IMG/VR virus record: IMGVR_UViG_3300028384_001500 | Coordinates: 62,001 to 126,000 of that record | DNA: 64,000 bases | Direction: 5' to 3' (one strand) | In this document: piece after piece, positions 9,310-18,109 of the stretch | How the letters are laid out: the number at the start of each line of letters is the position of its first letter | How positions within the stretch are numbered: position 1 is the first letter of the stretch | Position numbers and translations under genes: made by a program | The notes under the pieces: generated by a model | Database searches by the model: none | Seen by the model: the letters and a program-made list of their open reading frames with translations, nothing else | What the model was told of the DNA's origin: nothing

Positions 9310-9426
9310 TTAATCCTCTAACTTGTATTTTTTAAAAACGTATTTGAACATGTATACCCAGATTAAAATACTAGGTACAGTTGTAAAAGGTACAATAATC
9401 TGGTACCACTCTTGCGATGCTGACAT
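9310..9426 (-). CDS. 38-aa single-TM membrane protein MSASQEWYQIIVPFTTVPSILIWVYMFKYVFKKYKLED
   Basis: Below the ORF-track cutoff; AGGAG RBS at 9432-9436; fills the gap between neighbours. Confidence 0.65.
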   Translation of the reverse strand: MSASQEWYQIIVPFTTVPSILIWVYMFKYVFKKYKLED

Positions 9427-9437
9427 TATAACTCCTG

Positions 9438-9680
9438 TTATCTTTTGAGATCTGATTGAATAAATCTATCTACTAATACCCATTTGTTTTCTGACAAAAA
9501 ATCTCTTCTGTATAAATCTCCTTTTTCATCATATGCGTAGCCAAGAAAATTTGAGAAATTTCTTTTTTTATAATCTATCCATCTTTGCAAATAAGGTTTA
9601 TTTACCATGTTCTCTTCTTTTTTAGACAAATAGTCTTTTAAAGAATTGTCTGTAATAGGTTTAAGTTGATCTGAATTCAT
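9438..9680 (-). CDS. Hypothetical protein
   Basis: ORF with GGAG RBS inside the operon. Confidence 0.6.
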   Translation of the reverse strand: MNSDQLKPITDNSLKDYLSKKEENMVNKPYLQRWIDYKKRNFSNFLGYAYDEKGDLYRRDFLSENKWVLVDRFIQSDLKR

Positions 9681-9688
9681 TGTTACTC

Positions 9689-10600
9689 CTAAATAATATG
9701 TCCTGAATTAATTTTAATTTCTATTTTGCAATAATCACCTTGACGGTCACATTTAAAATATCGAAAAACTTCTGCTGTAAGATGTTTAATAAAGTTAAGA
9801 TCATATGACAGTGTTTCTTTCACATTTGATGATCGTAAAAAGAACTTTGCGTCCATGTGGCCATCACGAACTAAAAAATGAGCAAGGCTAATACAAGAAT
9901 TATCAGTGTAAATATATCTTCTCGAGTCCAACCCTTCTGCTCTTTCGTACTCATTTTCACCTCGCATTTCTGCTTTAATTTTATTAAATACTGCATTTTC
10001 AATTTTTCGGTAGTATTCTTTTTCTTTGTGGTAGTTTAACATTGTTTTGTTGACGTCGGAAAAATCGCCTGTATCATAATGAACAAAATTAAGGCCTAGT
10101 ACTTCGTTGCCGCTTTTAAGGGCTGCCATTTGTGTTGCTGCGTTACTGAGGTTGGCCATAGAATCATTTTCCAGTTTATAATACTGGTTTACTAAGTCTT
10201 TGACTAACTGTTTATCCACAACCTTACCAATAACTGTCACATTAGGATAATTGCCAAATTCATCAGCAGCCTCTTGAAAAAGATCGTATATTTTTCTAAG
10301 ACTAGTGATGTTTTGAATTGGATCACCTCGTTTTTGAAAACGATCAACAATTACCTTCCATTCAGGCAAGCAGATAATTGTTTGGTTGTTTAAGTTGTGT
10401 AATTCTCGTTTTAATTGTTCAACGTGATTAAAAGTGTCGCGACCGTAATAACGAGCGTGAATAAGCATAGAAAGTGCAGATCGATCTTGAATATTCCACT
10501 TATATCCTGTTTCTTTATGAATCATTTCATAAAGAGTTGTTTTTCCACTACAATCAGGGCCTTCAATAAAAATATAATCAATTGGTGTGCTGTGTGACAT
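9689..10600 (-). CDS. dNMP (thymidylate-type) kinase fused to a truncated ThyA/dCMP-hydroxymethylase-fold domain
   Basis: N-terminal IFIEGPDCSGKTT and QDRS; C-terminal DSRRYIY, SCISLAHFLVRDG, RSSNVKETLSYD, NSGHII. Confidence 0.72.
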   Translation of the reverse strand: MSHSTPIDYIFIEGPDCSGKTTLYEMIHKETGYKWNIQDRSALSMLIHARYYGRDTFNHVEQLKRELHNLNNQTIICLPEWKVIVDRFQKRGDPIQNITSLRKIYDLFQEAADEFGNYPNVTVIGKVVDKQLVKDLVNQYYKLENDSMANLSNAATQMAALKSGNEVLGLNFVHYDTGDFSDVNKTMLNYHKEKEYYRKIENAVFNKIKAEMRGENEYERAEGLDSRRYIYTDNSCISLAHFLVRDGHMDAKFFLRSSNVKETLSYDLNFIKHLTAEVFRYFKCDRQGDYCKIEIKINSGHII

Positions 10601-10621
10601 TTATTACCTCATTTATATAGT

Positions 10622-10650
10622 ATTATATTTTAAAGGCAATAAATTTACAT
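10622..10650 (-). promoter_or_regulatory. Early sigma70-like promoter ATGTAA-17-TATAAT
   Basis: Exact 17-nt spacer, upstream of the kinase fusion. Confidence 0.65.
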
Positions 10651-10654
10651 TTAA

Positions 10655-11590
10655 TTAAGCAGGAGGAGTACCTCTTAACCAGAAATATAGATCTTTTATA
10701 AAATCTTTAATGTTAGAACTTCCGCCCGGGCCTTTTTTAAGTACTTCTTTTTTAACGAGACGATAGCTACCGTCGCTTTTTTTAACAAGTTGTTCAATAG
10801 TATGCCTTGAACCGTCTTTTCTAATTACATACCTTATCGATCCTTTTCTACCTGCTACATCTTTTAATACATCCCATTCCATCACCGGATCTAAGCCGTC
10901 GTAAGTTAGATCAAATTTACTAGCTATGTCAGGGCTTAGATCAGCCAGATGATCATCAGCAACTCTTAAAAGTTCATCAACAGCTGATTCAGTAGGAGAG
11001 ATAAATGGGTCAAAGACACCTGCAGCTCCGGCAGCAGCAGTTCCGGCTAACATGTTCTTAAGAAGGTCGCGACGGCTTAAATTCATTGACAGATTGGTCA
11101 CGTCAATTGTATTTCCATCGTCTTCGTCAGGCGTCATTTCTATGCTAGGATAGTTGGTTGGTCCTGGCAAAGCATGCATATTTTTTCCTTTACTCGGGCT
11201 TTGAGATTTAGATGAAGCTGGTACTATTTCTTTTTTTGCTGTGGGCTGAAACTGATCTTCCCAGGATCTTTTTTTGTTTGGATCTGCAGATGCGTATTCA
11301 GAACTTCTTCTGTTTATCTTGACCTTTAGCGGTTCGATTGGAGGTACAGACATACCGGCTTCCTTTGCAGCAATTCTTTTTTGTGTTTCTTCTTTGACTT
11401 GCTGAAGGAATATTTGATACATTCTATCGTAATCGTCTAGATCTTTTGCTTGTGCTGCTAACAGTTCAAACTCTTCACCTAGCTCTAACTCTACTTGCAT
11501 TCTAATTAACTCTTTTTCTGATTTGGATAAGCGGGCTTCGTTCAGTATGTTTTTGATTATTTTTTTTAATTTATGCTTCGTTAGTTTCAT
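10655..11590 (-). CDS. Leader-bearing hypothetical protein with an internal Tat-like motif
   Basis: MKLTKHKLKKIIKNILNEA leader; internal SRRDLLKNMLAGTAAAGAAG. Confidence 0.7.
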   Translation of the reverse strand: MKLTKHKLKKIIKNILNEARLSKSEKELIRMQVELELGEEFELLAAQAKDLDDYDRMYQIFLQQVKEETQKRIAAKEAGMSVPPIEPLKVKINRRSSEYASADPNKKRSWEDQFQPTAKKEIVPASSKSQSPSKGKNMHALPGPTNYPSIEMTPDEDDGNTIDVTNLSMNLSRRDLLKNMLAGTAAAGAAGVFDPFISPTESAVDELLRVADDHLADLSPDIASKFDLTYDGLDPVMEWDVLKDVAGRKGSIRYVIRKDGSRHTIEQLVKKSDGSYRLVKKEVLKKGPGGSSNIKDFIKDLYFWLRGTPPA

Positions 11591-11625
11591 TTTTCTATAT
11601 TTTGTTTATTCTTTAATCTTAGCGA

Positions 11626-14073
11626 TCAAATAAGAAAGTCATTATAAGCTTCTGGCCATGGGACGTTGTTTGCTAGCGAATAGCTTTGCCATCTGAGCTT
11701 CCCGTCAATCACATACTTTACAATTTCATAAAGAGACAAGGCCCAACCGTATGTTTCAGGGTTATTCATTTCAGGTTGATCTTCATATTCTTGTAAGTAA
11801 GCAATTATTTCTGCCATATAGTCGTGAATATTATTAATTGTCCTATATCCTCTTTCGTATAATTTTACTATTTTTGCATGCTCTATTCCCATTTCAGATG
11901 CCGGCATCATAGCTTCCATCCATTGATCTTGAAAAATTTCTTGTAAATCAACGACACTATTTCGATCAACAAATATAGAGATATTTTCAGCTAGCCTTTT
12001 TGTCTTTCCTGCTTGGGCTTTATATGATTGAAAGTTTGGTCCTTTAATTAACGGATCTTCTCGCAACTTAAATATGACTGATGCAGCATTAACTCTAGGT
12101 GTTGTTCTAAAGTCTAGCATACCGTTTCTATAATTTTGTGGGTTTAATAAGATTTCTCTGTGTATTGCTCTTTCGTACACTTTGATTGGATAAATTGGAT
12201 CAAGATGTATTTTGCTGCCAAAATAATAAAACGAATTAAGTTCAGCAGCAGAATCAAGATATTTTAAAAATGTACTAGGTAATTTTTCTTCTATCATTGC
12301 AAACGTTTTGTTATCAGCATACGTCGCAAATGTACTTATTAGCTTATCATGTTTTCCTTGTATTTCGCCAAATTCGTTAGACACGACATTTCCTTGACCT
12401 GGTAGAGTACGCATTTGATAGTTAAAACTGCCGTGGAATTCTCTTAATTTTAAATCTTCAGGGCAATTTGGATGTGTTGTTAAGACAAGTGTATGCCGTC
12501 TAGCATTATCGGCGTCTCTTTGACTGTTAAAAAGTTCATATAACGCTGTTATATGTTCAGGTGTTAAGCCGGGGTGTCGAATAATTCTTGTAAAATAGTA
12601 GTCTCGAGGTGGATTAGGATCGTTCCATTCATTACCAGAAATTACGTTATTTGTGACAATATCTTCAACCATTTCATTGAATAGCTCAGGCGTAGGTTCT
12701 CGTTTATAAATTTGAATCCCATAGTACTGGTTCATATCCAAAGTGTTTGTTGTGTCAATAAAGTTATGTAATATTCCCGAAGGTATTTTTCCGCCATTTT
12801 TTGCCTTTTCTGATCTATACACTTTTGTCATAAAATCAGGAGGTAAAGGTAGAATTGACTTAATTAACGCGTCAAAAGGAACATGTTCTATTGCGACTGC
12901 TGCTACTTCTGGCCGTGCTGAATTTCTAAAACTTATCGGGTGTCTGTAAACTGCCCGCTCAGGATCTTTGACCATTTCAATAAAAATGTCAACGTTCGAA
13001 GAATATTGACATATACCTCTAACTTGCTCTGCAAATAAATTTAAATCTTCCGGAGAAGTAGCAGCTGCTCTTAAGTCTCTATATTGATCAAGCGTTAATG
13101 ACTTATAATAAGCAATTATATCTACTGTCTTTCTACTAGGTTTTTTAACATCAGCCTCAATCAAATCATAAAGTCTTTGTCCTATGTGTCTAATAATTGT
13201 TTCTTTTGATGCTGGTTTGTTGTCACCGTTAACTGTCGCATGCCCATCACTGCGCAATTCAACGTGATCACCCTGTTTGACAAAACTTAGACAAAATTTT
13301 CGCTCTGGAGCGCGTGGGTTATAGTCGCCAACACGAGTTAGATAATACATATGCAAGTTCATTTTTTTGTGATAGTTAAGGAACATATTTCCACTTCCAT
13401 CGACTGTTGTGCACCATGTCATATTACCTAGCTGTGCTTTATCAATAGGTGAGTTAGGGTTAAGATAATTATAGTTTGGCCCCATACGCCCTAATGATAT
13501 TGATCCTTTATAGGTTTTAGGATAAGCAACAAAGTAAGGATTAGAGCTAGATGGCATAGCAATAACTTCAAACTCTGATGTTTGACCATTAACACCGTCA
13601 GCGATTACTTGGTTAAGTACATCAGTTCTTTTACCTACTCCTGATCCACTTTCTATATATTCCATTGCTTCATTGTATGTTAAAGTTGTGTTGTCAGGTT
13701 GTACTACATCGATCTTTGGTAGAAGATCAATAAACTGATTTGCAGTCCCTCTAACAGGACGTGGCGGTAATTCACCTCGTCGAGCATTATTAATAATCTT
13801 ATTTAAGATATCTTTACCACCTTGGGCTATATCTCTAAGACTATGTCCTTGACCACCGTCATTAAGTGTATTGAAAAGTATTTTTGCCATGATCGGATCG
13901 TTAAACGGAGGTTTCCAGTCATTTCCAAAAACATACATTTTAAAGTCTTGATCACTAATAATTCCCCTTTGGATAAATTGATTAAATGACCTTTTCTTTA
14001 TTTCAGTAAGAAGACTAGCCTCTTTTAGATAATTTTCAATTATCAAAGACAGTTGTTTGCGTGTTACTTTCAC
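11626..14073 (-). CDS. Leader-bearing large protein with a WCT-motif domain and helical repeats
   Basis: MKVTRKQLSLIIENYLKEA leader (GTG start, GGAG RBS); TWCTT...NMFLNY; HPGLTPE and HPNCPED repeats. Confidence 0.7.
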   Translation of the reverse strand: MKVTRKQLSLIIENYLKEASLLTEIKKRSFNQFIQRGIISDQDFKMYVFGNDWKPPFNDPIMAKILFNTLNDGGQGHSLRDIAQGGKDILNKIINNARRGELPPRPVRGTANQFIDLLPKIDVVQPDNTTLTYNEAMEYIESGSGVGKRTDVLNQVIADGVNGQTSEFEVIAMPSSSNPYFVAYPKTYKGSISLGRMGPNYNYLNPNSPIDKAQLGNMTWCTTVDGSGNMFLNYHKKMNLHMYYLTRVGDYNPRAPERKFCLSFVKQGDHVELRSDGHATVNGDNKPASKETIIRHIGQRLYDLIEADVKKPSRKTVDIIAYYKSLTLDQYRDLRAAATSPEDLNLFAEQVRGICQYSSNVDIFIEMVKDPERAVYRHPISFRNSARPEVAAVAIEHVPFDALIKSILPLPPDFMTKVYRSEKAKNGGKIPSGILHNFIDTTNTLDMNQYYGIQIYKREPTPELFNEMVEDIVTNNVISGNEWNDPNPPRDYYFTRIIRHPGLTPEHITALYELFNSQRDADNARRHTLVLTTHPNCPEDLKLREFHGSFNYQMRTLPGQGNVVSNEFGEIQGKHDKLISTFATYADNKTFAMIEEKLPSTFLKYLDSAAELNSFYYFGSKIHLDPIYPIKVYERAIHREILLNPQNYRNGMLDFRTTPRVNAASVIFKLREDPLIKGPNFQSYKAQAGKTKRLAENISIFVDRNSVVDLQEIFQDQWMEAMMPASEMGIEHAKIVKLYERGYRTINNIHDYMAEIIAYLQEYEDQPEMNNPETYGWALSLYEIVKYVIDGKLRWQSYSLANNVPWPEAYNDFLI

Positions 14074-14100
14074 TTACTTCTCCAAATATATTATATATAT

Positions 14101-17100
14101 TTAATCAGTTACTAAAGGTCTTACTTTTCTTGAACTAGTGCTAGCACCCCAATTAGGATCGTTAGATGCGTCAGTTAACCATATTGAATACGGCACCATT
14201 GTTTCAGGTTTCTCGCCCCACATTCTTAACCAGCCTGTGTTGTTTTCATAGTCTGTAATTTTAAGTCGATAAAAAGTCTTTTTATTCTTAGTTGTCTTTT
14301 TAATCATGTCAACAATACAACACCAAGCAATGCATTTTTCACCAGGTAACATTTTAAGAACTGACTTAACGCCTGCTGATTGTATTTTTTCCATCATATC
14401 ATCTGGGAAAGCAAGATCATCACGTGTTGCTGAACAAAGATCTTGATACATTGTTAACTTGTCAATTCTACCCCAGTCTTCAATGTCTTTTGTTTGATCA
14501 ATAAGAATAGGCAGGATAGGGTCAGCATCTTTTTTCTTTGCTTGCCGGAGTGTCATACCATACTTTGACTTTTTAAGTGTGTTATAATTTTCAATAATAA
14601 TTTCGTAAAGCTGTTTATGATTATTGATTGTTCCATCCCACATTTCTTGCAGGCCATTAAATGCCTCAACTTGACATAGAGATGCAAAACCGGTTTTGTT
14701 AAGTTTAGAGTGACGCCATTTACCTTCATCATTGAACAACATGTCAGCAACTGATTTATATGGCCTGTTTTGCATAATTTCAACAACTGCTGTTTTACCT
14801 ACACCTTTGATTGATGTTAAGGGTGGTATAAAGGCTTTTTTCTTATCAGACCATTGCCAATATGTACCTGATTCGTTAACATCTGGCAATTCAACACGGT
14901 AACCCATTTCTTTAATTTCAGCAATTGCCTTGGTTAATGCGTTAGGGTTATTGTTTTCTGACTCAAGAATAGTACCTAACCAGTCTGTTTCGTAGTAAGT
15001 ATGCAACCATGCTGCGTAATACGAACCGATTGCATATGCGACAGCATGCGACTTATTAAAACCATAAACTGAGAAGAATTCAATACGCTCCCATAGTTCT
15101 TGCGAGACATGCTCTGGCACACCATTAATTTCTTTCGCACCGGTTACAAACTTAATGCGTGCAGCTTCACGTTCATCACCTTTCTTACCCATTGTATCGA
15201 GAGATTTTTTAACCAAGGTTTTACGAAGTTTATCTGACTCAGCTGGTGTGAAACCGCCTAACTTTTGTGCAAGAAGCATAAACTGTTCTTGAAAGGTAAC
15301 ATGACCAAACGTCGGTCCAAGAATATCCTTAATGATAGGATGATCATAGTGGATTTCATCAGCACGCATTTTATCTTTTACATATTTCTTGTGCACGTTT
15401 GCTCGAAGTGGACCTGGTCGATAAATAGCTGTAAGTGCGGCTAATTCAATAATTGTTGTTGGTTTAGCATCTTCACAAAAGCGACGAGCACCTTCAGCAG
15501 TAAATTGAAAAACACCTACCTTGCGACGCTGATGGTATACATGTTTCCAAACCTCAGGATCGTCTTGTTCTACATAACGACAATTTAGATGCTTATCAAA
15601 CCAATCACGAATTTCTAGAAATGTAGGTTCTTTACCTGTTTCACGCGTCAAAATACGCTTAATGCAGTTTTCAACGTCTTTAAGTAGTGTTAAGCCAAGA
15701 AAGTCAAACTTAATAAACCCGTTATCTTCAAGATTACGAAAGTTCATACCTTCTGTCCACGGTGTTTGTAGTTCACCTCGCACACCAATAATAGGCATGC
15801 CGCGAGCTAAATCATCAGCTGGGCCAATAATAACACCACCTGCGTGTCGACCAATCGATCGATTTTGCATGAATAGTGCTTCGATATGATCCTTTACTTT
15901 TGGGTATTTTTCCATAAAAGAGCGGTAACCTTTTGAATATGTCATGCAGTCTTCGTGTTTAAGAACAAATACAGACTTTTCAGTATTTTCATCACGAGCT
16001 TGAGACATCACCTCATCTTGTAAAGGGCCGGTCATTTTATTTACTTCAGCAAAGTCGACACCGTAAAACTTAGCGATATCTTTAACAAGTGATTTAAGCT
16101 TAAGTGTGTTAAAGTTGGAGACAGGAATTACAGCTTCATCGCCATATAGTTCACGGGCAGCGTTAATTAGCGCATCACGATCACCAGCATCAGAGTCGAT
16201 ATCGGGCCACGAAGTACGATGTCGACCTAGAAAACGCTCCCATAGCAAATCATATTTAAGTGGATCAACTTGGGTAATCCCTAATAAGTAATTTACTAAT
16301 GAGCCTCCACCAGAGCCACGGGCTGCGCCAAATAGAGTATGATCTGCTGCCTTATGAAAGACTTCATTCATTACTAAGAAGTAGTTTTCGAATCCGAGGA
16401 ACTTGATGTCTTCGAGCTCGTGTTTTGCTCGTTCAACGTATTCAGTTTTTGTATGAAGGCCTTCTTTAACAAGTGCTTGTTTGACTTTTTGCGCCAGCTG
16501 TTGAAAAGCAGTTTGATTAGGGTTGTTGAAATCGGGAAGCTTAACAGAAGTATCAATCCAACAGTCTTCACACTTTTGCCATGCAATATCATGTGTAATT
16601 TCAATCGATCTTTTAATTGTTTCTTCATATCCTTCGTATGTTTCTTTATATTCGTCATAATGTCGTGTAAATTCATCCCACATCTGTGTTGCGTTCTTTG
16701 GATAAAGCTCACATTTTAGATCTTCAAACTCTGGTAACGGACTTGGGTCGTTACCCATCCACCCTAATTTTTTATAAAGTTCTCTTGCCTCCCATTTATC
16801 AGGTGAATAATAGTGTGAGTCTGGCGTGGATATCAGCTGTAAACCTGTTTGATCAGCATGCCGCAAGAGATGATGATTAACAAGGTGCTGCTGTTTAAGT
16901 CGATTAAATTGCAACTCTAAGTAGAAGTTATCTTCACCTACAGCGTCAACAAATCGCTCAGATAAGTATGACAGTTCTTGCTGAATTTGCTCGTCTGATA
17001 TTTTTAAAGCATTACCACGCATAATACGATTAGAATATATTCCACCTAGACAGGCTGTAGAAACATTGAGCCCTTTACCGTATTGTCTAAGCAGGTCAAA

Positions 17101-17619
17101 GTCAATACGAGGATATCTATAAAAGCCATCAGTATAAGCACGTTTAATTAGAGTAAATAAGTTACCTAAACCTTCACGGTTTTGCGCAGTAACTACCAGA
17201 TGATAACGTCGTTTCCATTCGTCTTTACCTAAATCAAAAGACTTAGTTTCTTCTTCGTTTTCAATGATATGACCACCTTCTTCCTCTTCTTTGATTGCCT
17301 TTTTCTTTGCAGCAGCTCGATCGATTTTAGCTTGTTCATAATCAGCTTTCCAGTCTTTAAGTGAAGGAACAAAATAAAACTCACAACCGTAAATCTGACG
17401 AAACTTACGACCAGACTTTTTAACTTTTTCAGCATGCTTATGAGCATGTGCCAATCCACTACCGTTTCCATGATCAGTTAATGCCCAAGCATCCATGCCG
17501 TTTTCTAGTACAAAGTCAATATGGTCAGAGGGGTACCCTAATCCATCAAAAACAGAAAAACCTGTGTGACCGTGAAAACCAACAAATCGATCGGGCGGGG
17601 TAAGTAATTTGATATCCAT
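14101..17619 (-). CDS. dnaE: DNA polymerase III alpha subunit (family C)
   Basis: PHP HGHTGFSVFDG/TDHG/DSH, GAARGSGGGSLV, PDIDSD, GRHAGG, KFDFLGL, FQF, YRPGP, YGFNKSHAVAY. Confidence 0.96.
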   Translation of the reverse strand: MDIKLLTPPDRFVGFHGHTGFSVFDGLGYPSDHIDFVLENGMDAWALTDHGNGSGLAHAHKHAEKVKKSGRKFRQIYGCEFYFVPSLKDWKADYEQAKIDRAAAKKKAIKEEEEGGHIIENEEETKSFDLGKDEWKRRYHLVVTAQNREGLGNLFTLIKRAYTDGFYRYPRIDFDLLRQYGKGLNVSTACLGGIYSNRIMRGNALKISDEQIQQELSYLSERFVDAVGEDNFYLELQFNRLKQQHLVNHHLLRHADQTGLQLISTPDSHYYSPDKWEARELYKKLGWMGNDPSPLPEFEDLKCELYPKNATQMWDEFTRHYDEYKETYEGYEETIKRSIEITHDIAWQKCEDCWIDTSVKLPDFNNPNQTAFQQLAQKVKQALVKEGLHTKTEYVERAKHELEDIKFLGFENYFLVMNEVFHKAADHTLFGAARGSGGGSLVNYLLGITQVDPLKYDLLWERFLGRHRTSWPDIDSDAGDRDALINAARELYGDEAVIPVSNFNTLKLKSLVKDIAKFYGVDFAEVNKMTGPLQDEVMSQARDENTEKSVFVLKHEDCMTYSKGYRSFMEKYPKVKDHIEALFMQNRSIGRHAGGVIIGPADDLARGMPIIGVRGELQTPWTEGMNFRNLEDNGFIKFDFLGLTLLKDVENCIKRILTRETGKEPTFLEIRDWFDKHLNCRYVEQDDPEVWKHVYHQRRKVGVFQFTAEGARRFCEDAKPTTIIELAALTAIYRPGPLRANVHKKYVKDKMRADEIHYDHPIIKDILGPTFGHVTFQEQFMLLAQKLGGFTPAESDKLRKTLVKKSLDTMGKKGDEREAARIKFVTGAKEINGVPEHVSQELWERIEFFSVYGFNKSHAVAYAIGSYYAAWLHTYYETDWLGTILESENNNPNALTKAIAEIKEMGYRVELPDVNESGTYWQWSDKKKAFIPPLTSIKGVGKTAVVEIMQNRPYKSVADMLFNDEGKWRHSKLNKTGFASLCQVEAFNGLQEMWDGTINNHKQLYEIIIENYNTLKKSKYGMTLRQAKKKDADPILPILIDQTKDIEDWGRIDKLTMYQDLCSATRDDLAFPDDMMEKIQSAGVKSVLKMLPGEKCIAWCCIVDMIKKTTKNKKTFYRLKITDYENNTGWLRMWGEKPETMVPYSIWLTDASNDPNWGASTSSRKVRPLVTD

Positions 17620-17625
17620 ATAAGA

Positions 17626-17679
17626 AAACTCCTTGTAGTATTTTTGTTATAGTATACCACAAGGAGTTTAAGATTACAT
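17626..17679 (-). promoter_or_regulatory. Promoter ATGTAA-17-TATACT overlapping an 11-bp inverted repeat that pairs with the dnaE Shine-Dalgarno
   Basis: Arms at 17626-17636 and 17659-17669; -10 at 17651-17656, -35 at 17674-17679. Confidence 0.7.
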
Positions 17680-17690
17680 TTTCACAAATA

Positions 17691-18098
17691 TTATTTATTT
17701 TCTTTGCAACTATCACACAAAGTATAAATCCAACCTCGATTACTATCTTGTTTTGCTGAAGGTTTGCTACATTCTGTGCAAATATGATATGACATAGCCT
17801 CAGCCATACTCACTAATCCATCGATGTAGTCATCACCACCGTATGTGTAGAAACAAAGTCCACCAAACTTTTCTTTAACTTGGACTGCTTCGCAAATAAG
17901 GTGTTCTTCTTCAGATTTGTTTCTGTTTACGTTTATGACCCTGTTTTGAATATTTTCACAAAGAGTATCTATTAGGTCATACCATCCATCGCCGCAAGAT
18001 ATCCCCCAGCACATTGCTGTCACTGTTTTGTCTAGATCTTTTTGGCGAAAAATGTTTGGATATTTTTCATAAAGTTGTTGTTGGAGTTCTGCTTTCAT
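17691..18098 (-). CDS. Conserved phage hypothetical protein (QVKEKFGGL family) with a C-terminal Zn finger
   Basis: CGDGWYDLI, QVKEKFGGLCFY, CTEC...CDSC. Confidence 0.75.
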   Translation of the reverse strand: MKAELQQQLYEKYPNIFRQKDLDKTVTAMCWGISCGDGWYDLIDTLCENIQNRVINVNRNKSEEEHLICEAVQVKEKFGGLCFYTYGGDDYIDGLVSMAEAMSYHICTECSKPSAKQDSNRGWIYTLCDSCKENK

Positions 18099-18109
18099 GA
18101 TTTACCTCT

